Position numbers and translations under genes: made by a program | Assembly: GCA_023205875.1 (NCBI GenBank) | Contig: CP060766.1 | Coordinates: 186,001-250,000 of the forward strand | Direction of reading: 5' to 3' | Length of the DNA: 64,000 nucleotides | Origin: Chloropicon primus | Taxonomy: Eukaryota | Shown: positions 54,884-64,000 of the stretch, one piece after another | How positions within the stretch are numbered: the first letter of the stretch is position 1 | Layout: each line of letters starts with the position of its first letter | Notes under the pieces: model-generated | Databases searched by the model: none | Seen by the model: only the letters and a program-made list of their open reading frames with translations | Told to the model about the DNA's origin: nothing

Positions 54884-56362
54884 TCACTCTTCCTGCTTGA
54901 CCTTGACGATGGAAGGGGCCGTCTTGCTTCGTGTTCTCTTCGACGACGGACGACGAGGAGCCTTGCAGAGCCCAACCTCTTCGAGGTACTCTCTCTTCAC
55001 AATGCATTGTTCCTTGTCGCTCAGCTTAAGAGATGCGTCCGCAAAGATCAACCTCAACGCCTCGTTGTAGTCCTCGATCTCTCTCTTCTTCTCTGATGAC
55101 TTGCTGTCGTAACGCTGGGCCTCCTGCACTGCGCTGGCGTACTCCTCCTCCGTCATCAGGCCGGACTCGAGAGCCTCTCTCAAATCCAAAGCATAGGGAG
55201 AAGGAGAAGGAGATCTCGTCGTCTTCATGTTGTTGTTGTTGGTGGTGGCGTTGGAATTCTGCTCATTGAGGTTGTCGGCGGTTGATCGATTCAAGTATTC
55301 CTTGGCAATTGCATATATTCCGCGTTCAGTGCGAACAAAGCGGGGGCTCTGTGAACACGCACAACAGACAGTGGCCCGCATGATCTCAACATCAGTAGAA
55401 AGAGAACCATCTTTCCGCTTGAACACATACAACTTCTTGGCCTGGATCTTGGCATGGATCTCTCTGTAGTGCAAGCTCCCTCCCGCTTCTTGAAGAACAC
55501 GATAGATGGCATCCCGAAGCGGTGAGGTGCTGACAGCACCTTGAGTATTGGACCCATTCAAGTATTCCTTGGCAATGGCATACATTCCCAAGGCAGTGCG
55601 AACAAAGAGGGGGCTCTTTATACAAGCAGAGCGGACGCTCTTCCGCATTCTCTCAACATCAGTATGAACAGAACCATCCATACGCCTGAACACATATAGC
55701 TTCTTCGCCTTGATACGGGCAAGGATCTCTTTGACGTGCAAGCTCCTTCCCACATCTTGAAGAACGCGATAGATGGCATCCCGAAGCGGTGAGGGCTTGG
55801 CAGCAACTTGAGTATTGGACCCATTCAAGGGTTCCTTGGCAATGGCATATGTTCCACGTGCAGTGCGAGCAACGCGGGGGCTCCTTGAACAAGCAGAGCT
55901 GACAGTTTCCCTCATTCTCTTCGGATCAGTACAGACAGAACCATCTTTTCGCCTGAACACATGTAGCTTCTTCGCCCGGATCCGGGCAAAGATCTCTTTG
56001 ACGCGCAAGCTCCCTCCCGCTTCTTGAAGAACGAGATAGACGGCAGCCACAAGAGTTCTCTTTCCATTGCGAGTCCTGATAGGACGTGCGTTGCCTCTTA
56101 TCATAGTCACCTCTGCTGGCTCAGGCTGAAAAGACGAACCCGCACCACCACTATCCTCCTCACTGTCACTCTCCTCTTCGATGATCGTCGTAGAGCCCGT
56201 CGAGAAGCTCGCCAAACACTCTCCGTCCACGTCCATGTCCATGGCACCTGGGGACAACCCTCCCTTGTCGTCATCACCACCGGCGACGGCCCTCGCCGCC
56301 GCGATCATCGCCGCCGTCGACCTGGTGCGTGTCCAGCATATCTGTCTCGTGGGACGCCTCAT
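54884..56362 (-). CDS. Protein with three tandem HARE-HTH-like winged-helix domains
   Basis: Three 89-aa repeats: L.DAIYRVLQEAG.SLH.KEI.A.I.AKKLY.F...SP.F.RT..G.YAIAKE; start codon uncertain. Confidence 0.7.
   Translation of the reverse strand: MRRPTRQICWTRTRSTAAMIAAARAVAGGDDDKGGLSPGAMDMDVDGECLASFSTGSTTIIEEESDSEEDSGGAGSSFQPEPAEVTMIRGNARPIRTRNGKRTLVAAVYLVLQEAGGSLRVKEIFARIRAKKLHVFRRKDGSVCTDPKRMRETVSSACSRSPRVARTARGTYAIAKEPLNGSNTQVAAKPSPLRDAIYRVLQDVGRSLHVKEILARIKAKKLYVFRRMDGSVHTDVERMRKSVRSACIKSPLFVRTALGMYAIAKEYLNGSNTQGAVSTSPLRDAIYRVLQEAGGSLHYREIHAKIQAKKLYVFKRKDGSLSTDVEIMRATVCCACSQSPRFVRTERGIYAIAKEYLNRSTADNLNEQNSNATTNNNNMKTTRSPSPSPYALDLREALESGLMTEEEYASAVQEAQRYDSKSSEKKREIEDYNEALRLIFADASLKLSDKEQCIVKREYLEEVGLCKAPRRPSSKRTRSKTAPSIVKVKQEE
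55290..56060 (-). repeat. Three intragenic 267-bp repeats
   Basis: Anchor gataga[t/c]ggc at 55501, 55768 and 56035. Confidence 0.9.
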
Positions 56363-56962
56363 GATGAAACAAAGCACCGCACGACACTGCGCAGCTCGAC
56401 GAAGACTTGCCTTTCTCTTCCTCGTCACACAACCGAGCCAACAACTCACGAAACAAACTTCGAGGCACACCTCCACTAACGCCTGTCGTCTCAAAAGAAG
56501 GACCACTCTCCTTCTTGCCAAAACCTTCAGCCGAGGTATCAATCGAAAGCCCTTGAGATGCCCTTCCGTTCTTTTAACACCTCCTCCCCTTCTTCGTCCC
56601 CGTCCTCGCACAAAGTCCTCGACAACAACACCTTCCCTCTCCCTTGTCGTGCGACGAACCCGAGCGTTAATTCCCACGCTCGTTTTCAACTCCTTCTTCT
56701 AGGTTTCGCGCGAGGAAATCCTGCAGGAGGGGACGCCGAACCAGGAGGATGGAGGGATGATGTGATGTAAGGGGACGAGGGAGACCAGGATCAAGGACTT
56801 GCTTGCTCTATCAAGCCTTCCGTGGACCAAGACAAAGAAATGAATGGATCCGCCACTTGCTTTGTAACGCACGCGGCGGCCTCATGCCGGCGGCAACGAC
56901 GACGACGACGATGATATAAGAATAAGAACAATAATGGCTCAAAGACCAAAAATTGACATTTG

Positions 56963-58816
56963 TTACCCTATGTCGTTCATGAACTTGGCGTACTCGTCCT
57001 CCATCTTTTCTGCCGTTGGCGGTGGTGGCGGTGCTTGCTGTTGTGCGGGCGGCGGTGGGGGTGGGGCGTCCTCCTCCTCCGGTGGCGGCGGAGGGGGCGG
57101 GGGTGGAGCCATGCTTCCCGGGTCGGCGGGGTAGCCTTGCCAGCCCTGGTCCTGGTAACCCATTCCCATGCCGCCCATACCACCCTGGTCATAATAACCT
57201 CCTTGTCCATAATAACCTCCCGCTGGCGCGCCCATCTGGTGGTTGTATTCCGCAGCTCCGGACGGAAGGTGCTGCTCGGCGGGGTGCCCGCCGTGCATCG
57301 GCCCTTGCTGCTGGTACATGCCGCCGTGCTGGGGCCGCATGAATTGGCCTCGGCCGCGAGGCTCGGGCCCGCCTCTGTTGAACTGCTGCGGAGGTGGTCT
57401 GGAACTGCGGGGAGGAGGGCCCTTCTGCCCTGCAACCCGCACCGCGAGCCTCCTCCCATCGATCTGGTACCCGTCCAAGTTCTCCACAGCGGCCTTTGCC
57501 GCCTCCTTGTCCCCAAACTTCACAAACCCAAACCCCCTGGATTCGCCCGTCACTTTGTCGGTAATGATCTTCGCTTCCTGCACTCCACCATACGTCTCAA
57601 ACAACGAGTGCAGGTCTGGCTCCCTCATGCTCCTCGGGATGTAGCCCACGTACAGGTTGGACTCGTCGATTTCTCTCTCTCCCCCCGGGCCCCTGTCCCC
57701 ACCTCGATATCCGAGGCCCGGACCGGGGCCTCCTCCTCCTCCTCCTCCCATTCCCCTTCCGCGGCCCAGAGGCGTCAAGTTAGGGTTGCCAGAAGACGGC
57801 TTCGGCCTCTCCTGCGTCCTGCCACCAACCTCGTCCAAGAAGTTCTGGTACTCGTTGTCCAGCTTGGAGGGGTCCTCGCCCGTAAATCTGGCCACGTCCT
57901 TCTTGTACAAGTCATCAACCTGCGCTTTGACTTGGTCAGACAGCTTGTACACATCCGTTGCCGCTTCCTCCTCCCTTCGCTTCTGCCAGAAGTCCTCGCT
58001 CCTCAGGGTGCCGTTCAGCTCCGCGAGCTCCCTCAGCTGCATCCTCTTGTGCTGGTTCCTCGACTCGTCCACGGGCACAAGGAGTTGCTCGACCATGGCC
58101 ACGGCCTTGTCCAGACCCTCCTGGTTGTCGCAAGTGACCACCACGTGGAGCTCCTCATTCTCCGTCGGATCGTGCCTCCCCTGCAAAGCGTTCTGGTTCG
58201 TCCTCCCCTCCTTCACACTTCCCTTCCCCCTCAGGGCGATCTTCGCACCAGTCTCGCGCTCCATGCGCTTCTGGGTGTTCCCCCTGGGCCCAATGATCAG
58301 CCCAATAAAGTTGTATCCGGGGTACTCGCGCGTCGGCACGAAGAGCTTCTTGCTCAGCTTCTCCCGCCTGTAGTCTGAAGGCGGCTTGAAGTTGGAGCTC
58401 TGCACCAGCTTCCCAATGAGGTCCTGCCTCTCCTTCAGAAGCCCCTGCTTGATCCTCTCCTCCCTCGTGTTGGTTCGCTTGCCACTCGCGTCGTACTCTG
58501 GCGGAGGCGAGGGCGACCGCTCACTCGCTGGCCTCCTGTCCGCAAAGTCGTTCGAGTTCAACCGCTTGTTCACCTCGTCCAGCCTCTCGTTCAGCAGGGC
58601 GCCCTCATCGTACCCCGCACCAGGGACAACGAGAGCCCTCGTGTTCTGCTGGATGATCCCCGCCAAGCTCGGCGGGATCACGACCTGCTTCCCCCCTCCC
58701 GTCGCCACCGCCGTCGCCGGCGGACCGGCATCGGCCGGAGCCCACCTGCTCTTGCGCTTCCTGCCGCGCCTCTCCCCGCCGCCCGAGTCCCACCTCGGCC
58801 CCTCGGATGAACCCAT
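56963..58816 (-). CDS. SF1: Splicing factor 1 / branch-point binding protein
   Basis: [25 protein letters not shown]2 ([15 protein letters not shown]...[13 protein letters not shown]), RRM, Pro-rich tail. Confidence 0.95.
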   Translation of the reverse strand: MGSSEGPRWDSGGGERRGRKRKSRWAPADAGPPATAVATGGGKQVVIPPSLAGIIQQNTRALVVPGAGYDEGALLNERLDEVNKRLNSNDFADRRPASERSPSPPPEYDASGKRTNTREERIKQGLLKERQDLIGKLVQSSNFKPPSDYRREKLSKKLFVPTREYPGYNFIGLIIGPRGNTQKRMERETGAKIALRGKGSVKEGRTNQNALQGRHDPTENEELHVVVTCDNQEGLDKAVAMVEQLLVPVDESRNQHKRMQLRELAELNGTLRSEDFWQKRREEEAATDVYKLSDQVKAQVDDLYKKDVARFTGEDPSKLDNEYQNFLDEVGGRTQERPKPSSGNPNLTPLGRGRGMGGGGGGGPGPGLGYRGGDRGPGGEREIDESNLYVGYIPRSMREPDLHSLFETYGGVQEAKIITDKVTGESRGFGFVKFGDKEAAKAAVENLDGYQIDGRRLAVRVAGQKGPPPRSSRPPPQQFNRGGPEPRGRGQFMRPQHGGMYQQQGPMHGGHPAEQHLPSGAAEYNHQMGAPAGGYYGQGGYYDQGGMGGMGMGYQDQGWQGYPADPGSMAPPPPPPPPPEEEDAPPPPPPAQQQAPPPPPTAEKMEDEYAKFMNDIG

Positions 58817-59502
58817 ACCTCAACCAAACACCCTGCTCCGCTCGCCCAAGCCTTCTCTTCGCCTCACACGGCGACACGCGGCGTCGATCCTCGTAACACC
58901 CGTCGAGTGACCTATCAATCGAAAGATCGCGAGACAAGCTCTTTCGATCAATACCCTCTACGCCCCCTGCCGCGCCCCGTGCCGCTCTCCAGTCCCCTCT
59001 CCCGTCGGTCCCAAACCCACCTCACTCTCCGCTTCCTCGCCACACACCTTGATGCACTTCACGTTAGCCTCAAATCTACTTCAAATCCTTCCACCGAGGG
59101 CTCATTCGAAAGCTCGCGAGACAAGGTCTTCGATCACGCGGATCTCCCCCGCAACCGCGCCACCCTATCGACCCTCCTTCCTCCAAGAAGACTCACCTCT
59201 CTCTCTCTCTCTCTCTCTCGATCGCCGCCGATCGAGGAAAACTGAAATATCCTTTTCCCCTTGAAGACCTTTTTTGGACCTTTTCGCCAGAGGGTCGACT
59301 TCGACGGGTCCTGGACTGCGACACGGCGGTCTAAAGCGAAAAGGGAAGAAACCTATCGAAAGTACAACTCACGGTCTTTCGATTGATACCTTACTTGACT
59401 TGGTTTTCTCTCTCCTTCCACTTGGTTTTGTGGAACTGAAACGTTTTCACTCAGGAGAGAGGATTGAGAGATTGTATATTGCATTATCGTTTATCATTTA
59501 TC

Positions 59503-60595
59503 ATGTTGAGGAGGGTTTGTGTTCAGGCTCCCGTCGTCAGGAGGTGCCTCGCGACGCTTTCGAGCAAGACCTTCACCTCCACGACCTTGACACCTTGCGA
59601 GAGGAAGCAGAACCAGAACCAGGTGAGAGGCCGTGCCCCCCTTGGAGGGAGGAGACGGAAACCATTTGAAGCTCTCCGTCTCTCTCTCTGTCTCTCTCTC
59701 TCTGTCTCTGTCTCCTCGCGTGTCCGTCTGAGGTTTGGCAATGTGCTGACTTGTCTGTTTTGTTGGCTTCAGTCCGTTGCAAGGAATGGGAATAACACGG
59801 CAGCGTGGGTGAGAGATTATAGAGCCACGGTGTTCGCGGCCAGCAGCGTAACCATAGGTGTGCCGAACATGGGCGACTCGATTACAGAAGGGGAGATTGC
59901 AGCGATCATTAAGGCGCCAGGTAAGGCCCACGTGTCCGTGCCAGAGATAGAGGGAAGAGACCCTTTGGTCAGTGTTCGCTGCGCAGCGAGAGGGAGAGTA
60001 GTGCTGACCGGAACCGTTTCTCTCTTGACCACTGCTAGGTGACGCTGTTGCGGAGGACGAGGTTGTCGTCCAGGTCGAGACCGACAAGGTGACGATCGAT
60101 ATCCGATCTCCAGGCTCAGGAGTCGTGGAGGAGATCATGGTCGCCGAGTCGGACACCGTGGTGGTTGGCCAAGCGGTGGCCAAGGTGAGCCTGGGAGCCA
60201 CGGCGGAAGCTTCTGGTGCGGCAACGACCGCCGCAGCGGTGGAGGAGACTCCCCAGGTCGTGGAAGAGGTCGTGGTCGAGGCAGCCTCCGTCGCTTCGGC
60301 TTCCGATGCAGCGGACCACGACGCCAGGGTTCCTCTGATTCACTTTCCAAAGAGGAGGACGGAGGCTGGAGAGTGCATAAGCATGCTCTCCGCGGAAGAC
60401 AGGGCGAAGCTCGGCCTCTCTGGTGGCGCTGCCGTGGCGGAGCCCCAATTCAAGGGCCTCATCATCACGGCATCTAACCCAACCAGCGACCCTTCCTGGA
60501 GGAACTACAAGCCAAATTATGACGACCACCTTCGAAGGAGGGCCATCTCAGAGAGGGAGATAGAAAGCATCATGCTTGGAGGTGCCACAGACTGA
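59503..60595 (+). CDS. Mitochondrial lipoyl-domain protein with KGD4/MRPS36-like C-terminus (exons 59503-59622, 59773-59920, 60039-60595)
   Basis: Presequence; VPNMGDSITEG...QVETDKV lipoyl domain; linker; RVPLIHFPKR...RRRAISEREIESIMLGGA; no acyltransferase domain. Confidence 0.8.
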
Positions 60596-60818
60596 GCTCC
60601 GTTTCGATTGGTTGTTTCAAGTCGATTCTTTCTAATCTATTTTCAAAACAGGGAAGAAACAAACCAAAAAAAATCCTCGTCGTCCTCGTCGTCGACTTTA
60701 GTCTTCTCACCCCCTCAAAGCGGTTCTCAGACCCGAGCGCTCGCCCCGCTTGCTCTGCCATCAAGGACTTGCGCAGGTCCAAAGGCCACCGCCCTTTCCA
60801 TGACCCGTGTGGTCGTGC

Positions 60819-61220
60819 TCAGGCAGACGTCGACGTCTCCTCCACTTTTGTGGTGACCTCCTCATTGCTGACACTGCTGCAGCAACTGGTTGAAGCTGCT
60901 GTAACAAAGTCCGAGTACGATGCACCCATCCCACACCCCAAGCCAAAGGTGAAGACGGAGGCTCGAGAGCAAGGCCGTCCTGATCACAGGCACACACACA
61001 CAATCAATATCAATATCAATATCAATATCGATGCAGAGAGAGAGAGGAGGTTGTCAGTATATGATGGTGTTGGTGTTCGAATGGAGGAAGTGGATTTTCG
61101 AGTGCAATTGTACTCACTGAACAGAAGAAGAGCAGCCGAAGCTCCTGCAAGTGCCCCGTAGATCCCTCTCCTCACCACACTCTCCACCACCTTGTCACAG
61201 TCACACTCCTGCTGGCCCAT
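60819..61220 (-). CDS. MIC10: MICOS subunit Mic10 (exons 61220-61118, 60979-60819)
   Basis: D..V....RR.IYG.LAG....LLLF-RR...FGLGCGMGASY: two Gly-rich TMs around a basic loop; phase-1 intron. Confidence 0.85.
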
Positions 61221-61290
61221 GCCTCCTCCTCTCCTCAGCAGAAGCAGCTGCTGATGGCTCTCCTGACTCGAATGGCGTCCAAAATCGAAG

Positions 61291-61562
61291 AGCGAAGGGT
61301 CTAACGAAAGATCAAGAGACGTGGAATGGTATGCTGCCGCTCTCCTCCCCTTCTCTTCCCCACCTCGTCCTCGAAATCCTCGCGATCCTTCGGCAAGTGC
61401 GACCACTCGACGCGCCAGCTGCTCACTTCTTTTGGAGGGGAGACGCCAGCGAGGGAGAGAAGAGCTTTGCGGAGGAAGTGGACGACGAGGAGGACGACGG
61501 AGTGAGGAGGAGCCTCCAGGAAACGAGAGATCATCTCGCGATCTTTCGTTAGACCCTTCGCT
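61291..61562. promoter_or_regulatory. Perfect 23-bp inverted repeat (61291-61313 and 61540-61562) in the MIC10/PPCDC divergent promoter
   Basis: agcgaagggtctaacgaaagatc and its exact reverse complement. Confidence 0.75.
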
Positions 61563-61645
61563 TGACTCCATCGAGTCACGACGTCCATGGATGGTTCGCA
61601 TCAGTTGGATGGGTCCAAGGGAAGGATAGTTTGGACGAGTGGGTG

Positions 61646-62263
61646 ATGAACGTTTTAGTCGCTGCAACTGGCAGCGTAGCGAGCGTGAAGGTTCCAGAAC
61701 TCGTGGAAGAGTTTGTCTCACGAGGTAATCGTGTCCGGGTGATCCTGAGCGAGACGGCATGCCACTTTGTCACCAAGCAGGAGCTCGTGGACCACTTCGA
61801 GAAGCGGCCTACCGAGCTGTTTCATCCCACTGCGGACGTTTACTTGGAGGAGGACGAGTGGAAGACTTGGGGAAAGATGGGGGACCCCGTGCTTCACATT
61901 GAATTGGGCAAGTGGGCGCACGTTCTGGTGATTGCTCCCCTGTCTGCGAACACTCTTGCGAAGATGGTGAACGGATTGTGTGACAACTTGATCACCAGCG
62001 TGGCGAGGGCGTGGGACTACTGTCACGGGCCCGTGGTTGCGGCACCAGCGATGAACACGAGAATGTGGACCCACCCGGTGACGAGCGATCACATAGAGAC
62101 CCTCAAGAGGAGGGATAAGATCCGGATCGTGGACCCCGTCGTGAAGGCCCTGGCTTGCAAAGATGTCGGGGTGGGTGCGATGGCGCCGGCCGGAGACGTC
62201 GCTGACGCTGCCCTCGACGCAATTCAAGAGGCAAGGGAGAGGCCCAAGAGCGACCAAAGGTAA
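61646..62263 (+). CDS. PPCDC: Phosphopantothenoylcysteine decarboxylase (HAL3-like flavoprotein)
   Basis: AATGSVAS.K, LHIEL (catalytic His), IAPLSANTLAK, PAMNTRMW, LACKDVGVGAM (catalytic Cys). Confidence 0.93.
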   Translation: MNVLVAATGSVASVKVPELVEEFVSRGNRVRVILSETACHFVTKQELVDHFEKRPTELFHPTADVYLEEDEWKTWGKMGDPVLHIELGKWAHVLVIAPLSANTLAKMVNGLCDNLITSVARAWDYCHGPVVAAPAMNTRMWTHPVTSDHIETLKRRDKIRIVDPVVKALACKDVGVGAMAPAGDVADAALDAIQEARERPKSDQR

Positions 62264-62363
62264 GAGGATGGGTGGGAGGTAATCACATTGCGTCGTTGTG
62301 TGTGTATGGTATAATGTACTATAAACTTTTATTTTCTGTTGTAGCGTCGGACAGAAAATGCTA

Positions 62364-64000
62364 TTACTTGGTCCTGAACGACTTGGAGTCAGACCACAAG
62401 AAGGAGCCATCTCCAAAAAGCGCTTTGACGCAGAAGATGTACTGCGTGTTTGGCCGCAGGCCCATGACCTTGAACCGCGTGTACTTGCCCTCGCAAATCT
62501 CTTTCACTACACCAGTGTTCGTCGCCATCATCAGCTTGTACGACTTGATCCTCTCCAAGTTCTTCGCCGGTGGCCTCCAGACCACCTCAATCGTGTTGGA
62601 CGTCGTCATCCCCGTGTCGATGAGCTCGAACTTGTCCTGGGAGTCTTCCTGGTTGTACTTTTGCTGGGAGTTCAGCCCTTGAATGTTCTGCGGCAAAGTG
62701 ATGTCGACGATCTCTATCTCATCGAGGTGACCTTCCTGGTTCGCCTTGACACGGAACAGCTGGCTGCCGAAGAAAGTGCAATAGGACCGCACGGGTTTCT
62801 GAAGCAGAAGCTCGGGCGTGCTCTCTTGGAGGCACTGCCACTCCAAACTCTGCAAGTCCAACACCCAGAGGTCCGTCAAGGTCTGTGTTCTGCCGCTGTC
62901 CGTGATGGTCACGCCACCAGAGATGAACAAGTACTCTGAGCTCAGGGTGGCGGCATGGTCGTACCTAGCCTGGGGAGACCGCGCGCTCCCGACTTGGATG
63001 TTTGTCCACGTGAACGTCTCTATCTCCAAAACGTTCACTTCGTTTGAAGCGATCGTCCCGTTGGACCCGCCGAAGAGCCACATGTGCCTGCCGTCGTCGG
63101 TGCAGCACAGGGAGCATCCCTTCATAGGGGCAGGGACAGAACCCGATTGCTGGGGCTGGTGCCACTGCATGGTCTCGAAGTCCAGCATGAAGACGTCGTT
63201 GTGGTAAATGAGATCGTCGTTTTGCACGCCGGGGCCGTACAGGTTCCTGAAACCGCCCTTGGATGGAGAGAAGGACGTACCGCCAAACAGAATCAGTTTT
63301 TCCCTCGCAGGGCACGCGGCATGGCCTTCCCTAAGTCCACACTGGCCTTTGGTGATGAGCTCGCTCCATTTCATGGTATCGATGTTGAACACTCCCACAT
63401 TGTTGATGATCTGTATCGTTTGCCCCTCCTTCTCGTCCACCGTCGTCGTCTTTCCTCCGAGGACCACCACTTTGGTTGCACTGATGATACAGGAAGCGTG
63501 TCCGGCCCTCTTCCAGTTCGTGGTGGACGACATGTTGCCGAGCCGGGCAATTTTGGGCTTGACAACCTCCCACTTGTTGTTCTCCAGGTTGCACATCGAG
63601 ATTCCGTTCATGTCGTTCTGGCTGCCAGCGTAAACGAAGTCCCTCTTGTCCTCCCCCTCGGTCGCGTAGCCTCCTATGAGCACCAGAGACTTCCCAGCTA
63701 TGCAAGTGAGCGTGCTCTCCACGTTATCCATGGGCAGTTCGCCACGAAGCCTGTACTTGGAGTTCTTCACAAGCCAAGGCTCGCCAAAGAGGACCATGAA
63801 CTTGGTCTCACCCTCTGCCTTGAGCCTCAGCTCGTCGTTCTCCTTCTCGGTCTGCGCCAGCTTCAGGTGCACCTCCTCGAGGGTCTTCTGGGCCTTCTCG
63901 AGCTCGTCAGACAATTTGGTGACCGTGGTGTCCTGCTCTTTCAGCGTGCTCTCCAAGTTTGATATCTGGTCCTTGTACTTGGAGCTCTCCTTGAGAGTCT
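62364..64000 (-). CDS. Coiled-coil + Kelch-repeat + C-terminal FN3 protein, 5'-partial
   Basis: Kelch repeats (RAGHAS...VVLGG, REGHAA...ILFGG, MWLFGG, RYDHAA...FISGG); FN3 (TSNTIEVVWRPP...YKL...GLRPNTQYIFCVKA). Confidence 0.85.
   Translation of the reverse strand, partial: TLKESSKYKDQISNLESTLKEQDTTVTKLSDELEKAQKTLEEVHLKLAQTEKENDELRLKAEGETKFMVLFGEPWLVKNSKYRLRGELPMDNVESTLTCIAGKSLVLIGGYATEGEDKRDFVYAGSQNDMNGISMCNLENNKWEVVKPKIARLGNMSSTTNWKRAGHASCIISATKVVVLGGKTTTVDEKEGQTIQIINNVGVFNIDTMKWSELITKGQCGLREGHAACPAREKLILFGGTSFSPSKGGFRNLYGPGVQNDDLIYHNDVFMLDFETMQWHQPQQSGSVPAPMKGCSLCCTDDGRHMWLFGGSNGTIASNEVNVLEIETFTWTNIQVGSARSPQARYDHAATLSSEYLFISGGVTITDSGRTQTLTDLWVLDLQSLEWQCLQESTPELLLQKPVRSYCTFFGSQLFRVKANQEGHLDEIEIVDITLPQNIQGLNSQQKYNQEDSQDKFELIDTGMTTSNTIEVVWRPPAKNLERIKSYKLMMATNTGVVKEICEGKYTRFKVMGLRPNTQYIFCVKALFGDGSFLWSDSKSFRTK

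Noticed and set aside
59503..60595. Truncated or pseudogenic dihydrolipoamide succinyltransferase (E2o)
   Set aside because: Clean splice sites, intact frame and a distinct conserved-looking C-terminal motif argue for a complete, different protein

Overview
Gene-dense eukaryotic nuclear DNA with short GT-AG introns, CTGAC branch points, microsatellite-rich introns/UTRs, TGTAA poly(A)-type signals and plastid/mitochondrial targeting peptides. This fits a compact green-algal genome, Chloropicon-like by inference only. About 34 protein genes are visible, mostly housekeeping (PPase, UBC9, NSUN5, mitochondrial uL2, NCX, NHP2, PAH, eIF4A-III, beta-NAC, uL13, eIF3e, PP2A-B', SF1, MIC10, PPCDC). Most notable: (1) a 2.5-kb tandem pair of secreted clan-D-like glycosidase genes joined by a TAATG stop/start overlap, near-identical except two divergence islands, one at a putative active-site motif; (2) a mitochondrial lipoyl-domain + KGD4/MRPS36-like protein with no catalytic domain; (3) a 3.5-kb two-gene insert flanked by ~450-bp direct repeats of the eIF4A-III 3' end; (4) an oriented motif (~CTCGCGAKCTTTCGAWWGA) upstream of many genes; (5) a triple HARE-HTH protein and a KANSL2-like/MCRS1-like fusion. 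Family calls come from remembered motifs, not database searches, and exon boundaries were read by eye. No tRNA, rRNA or CRISPR was seen.
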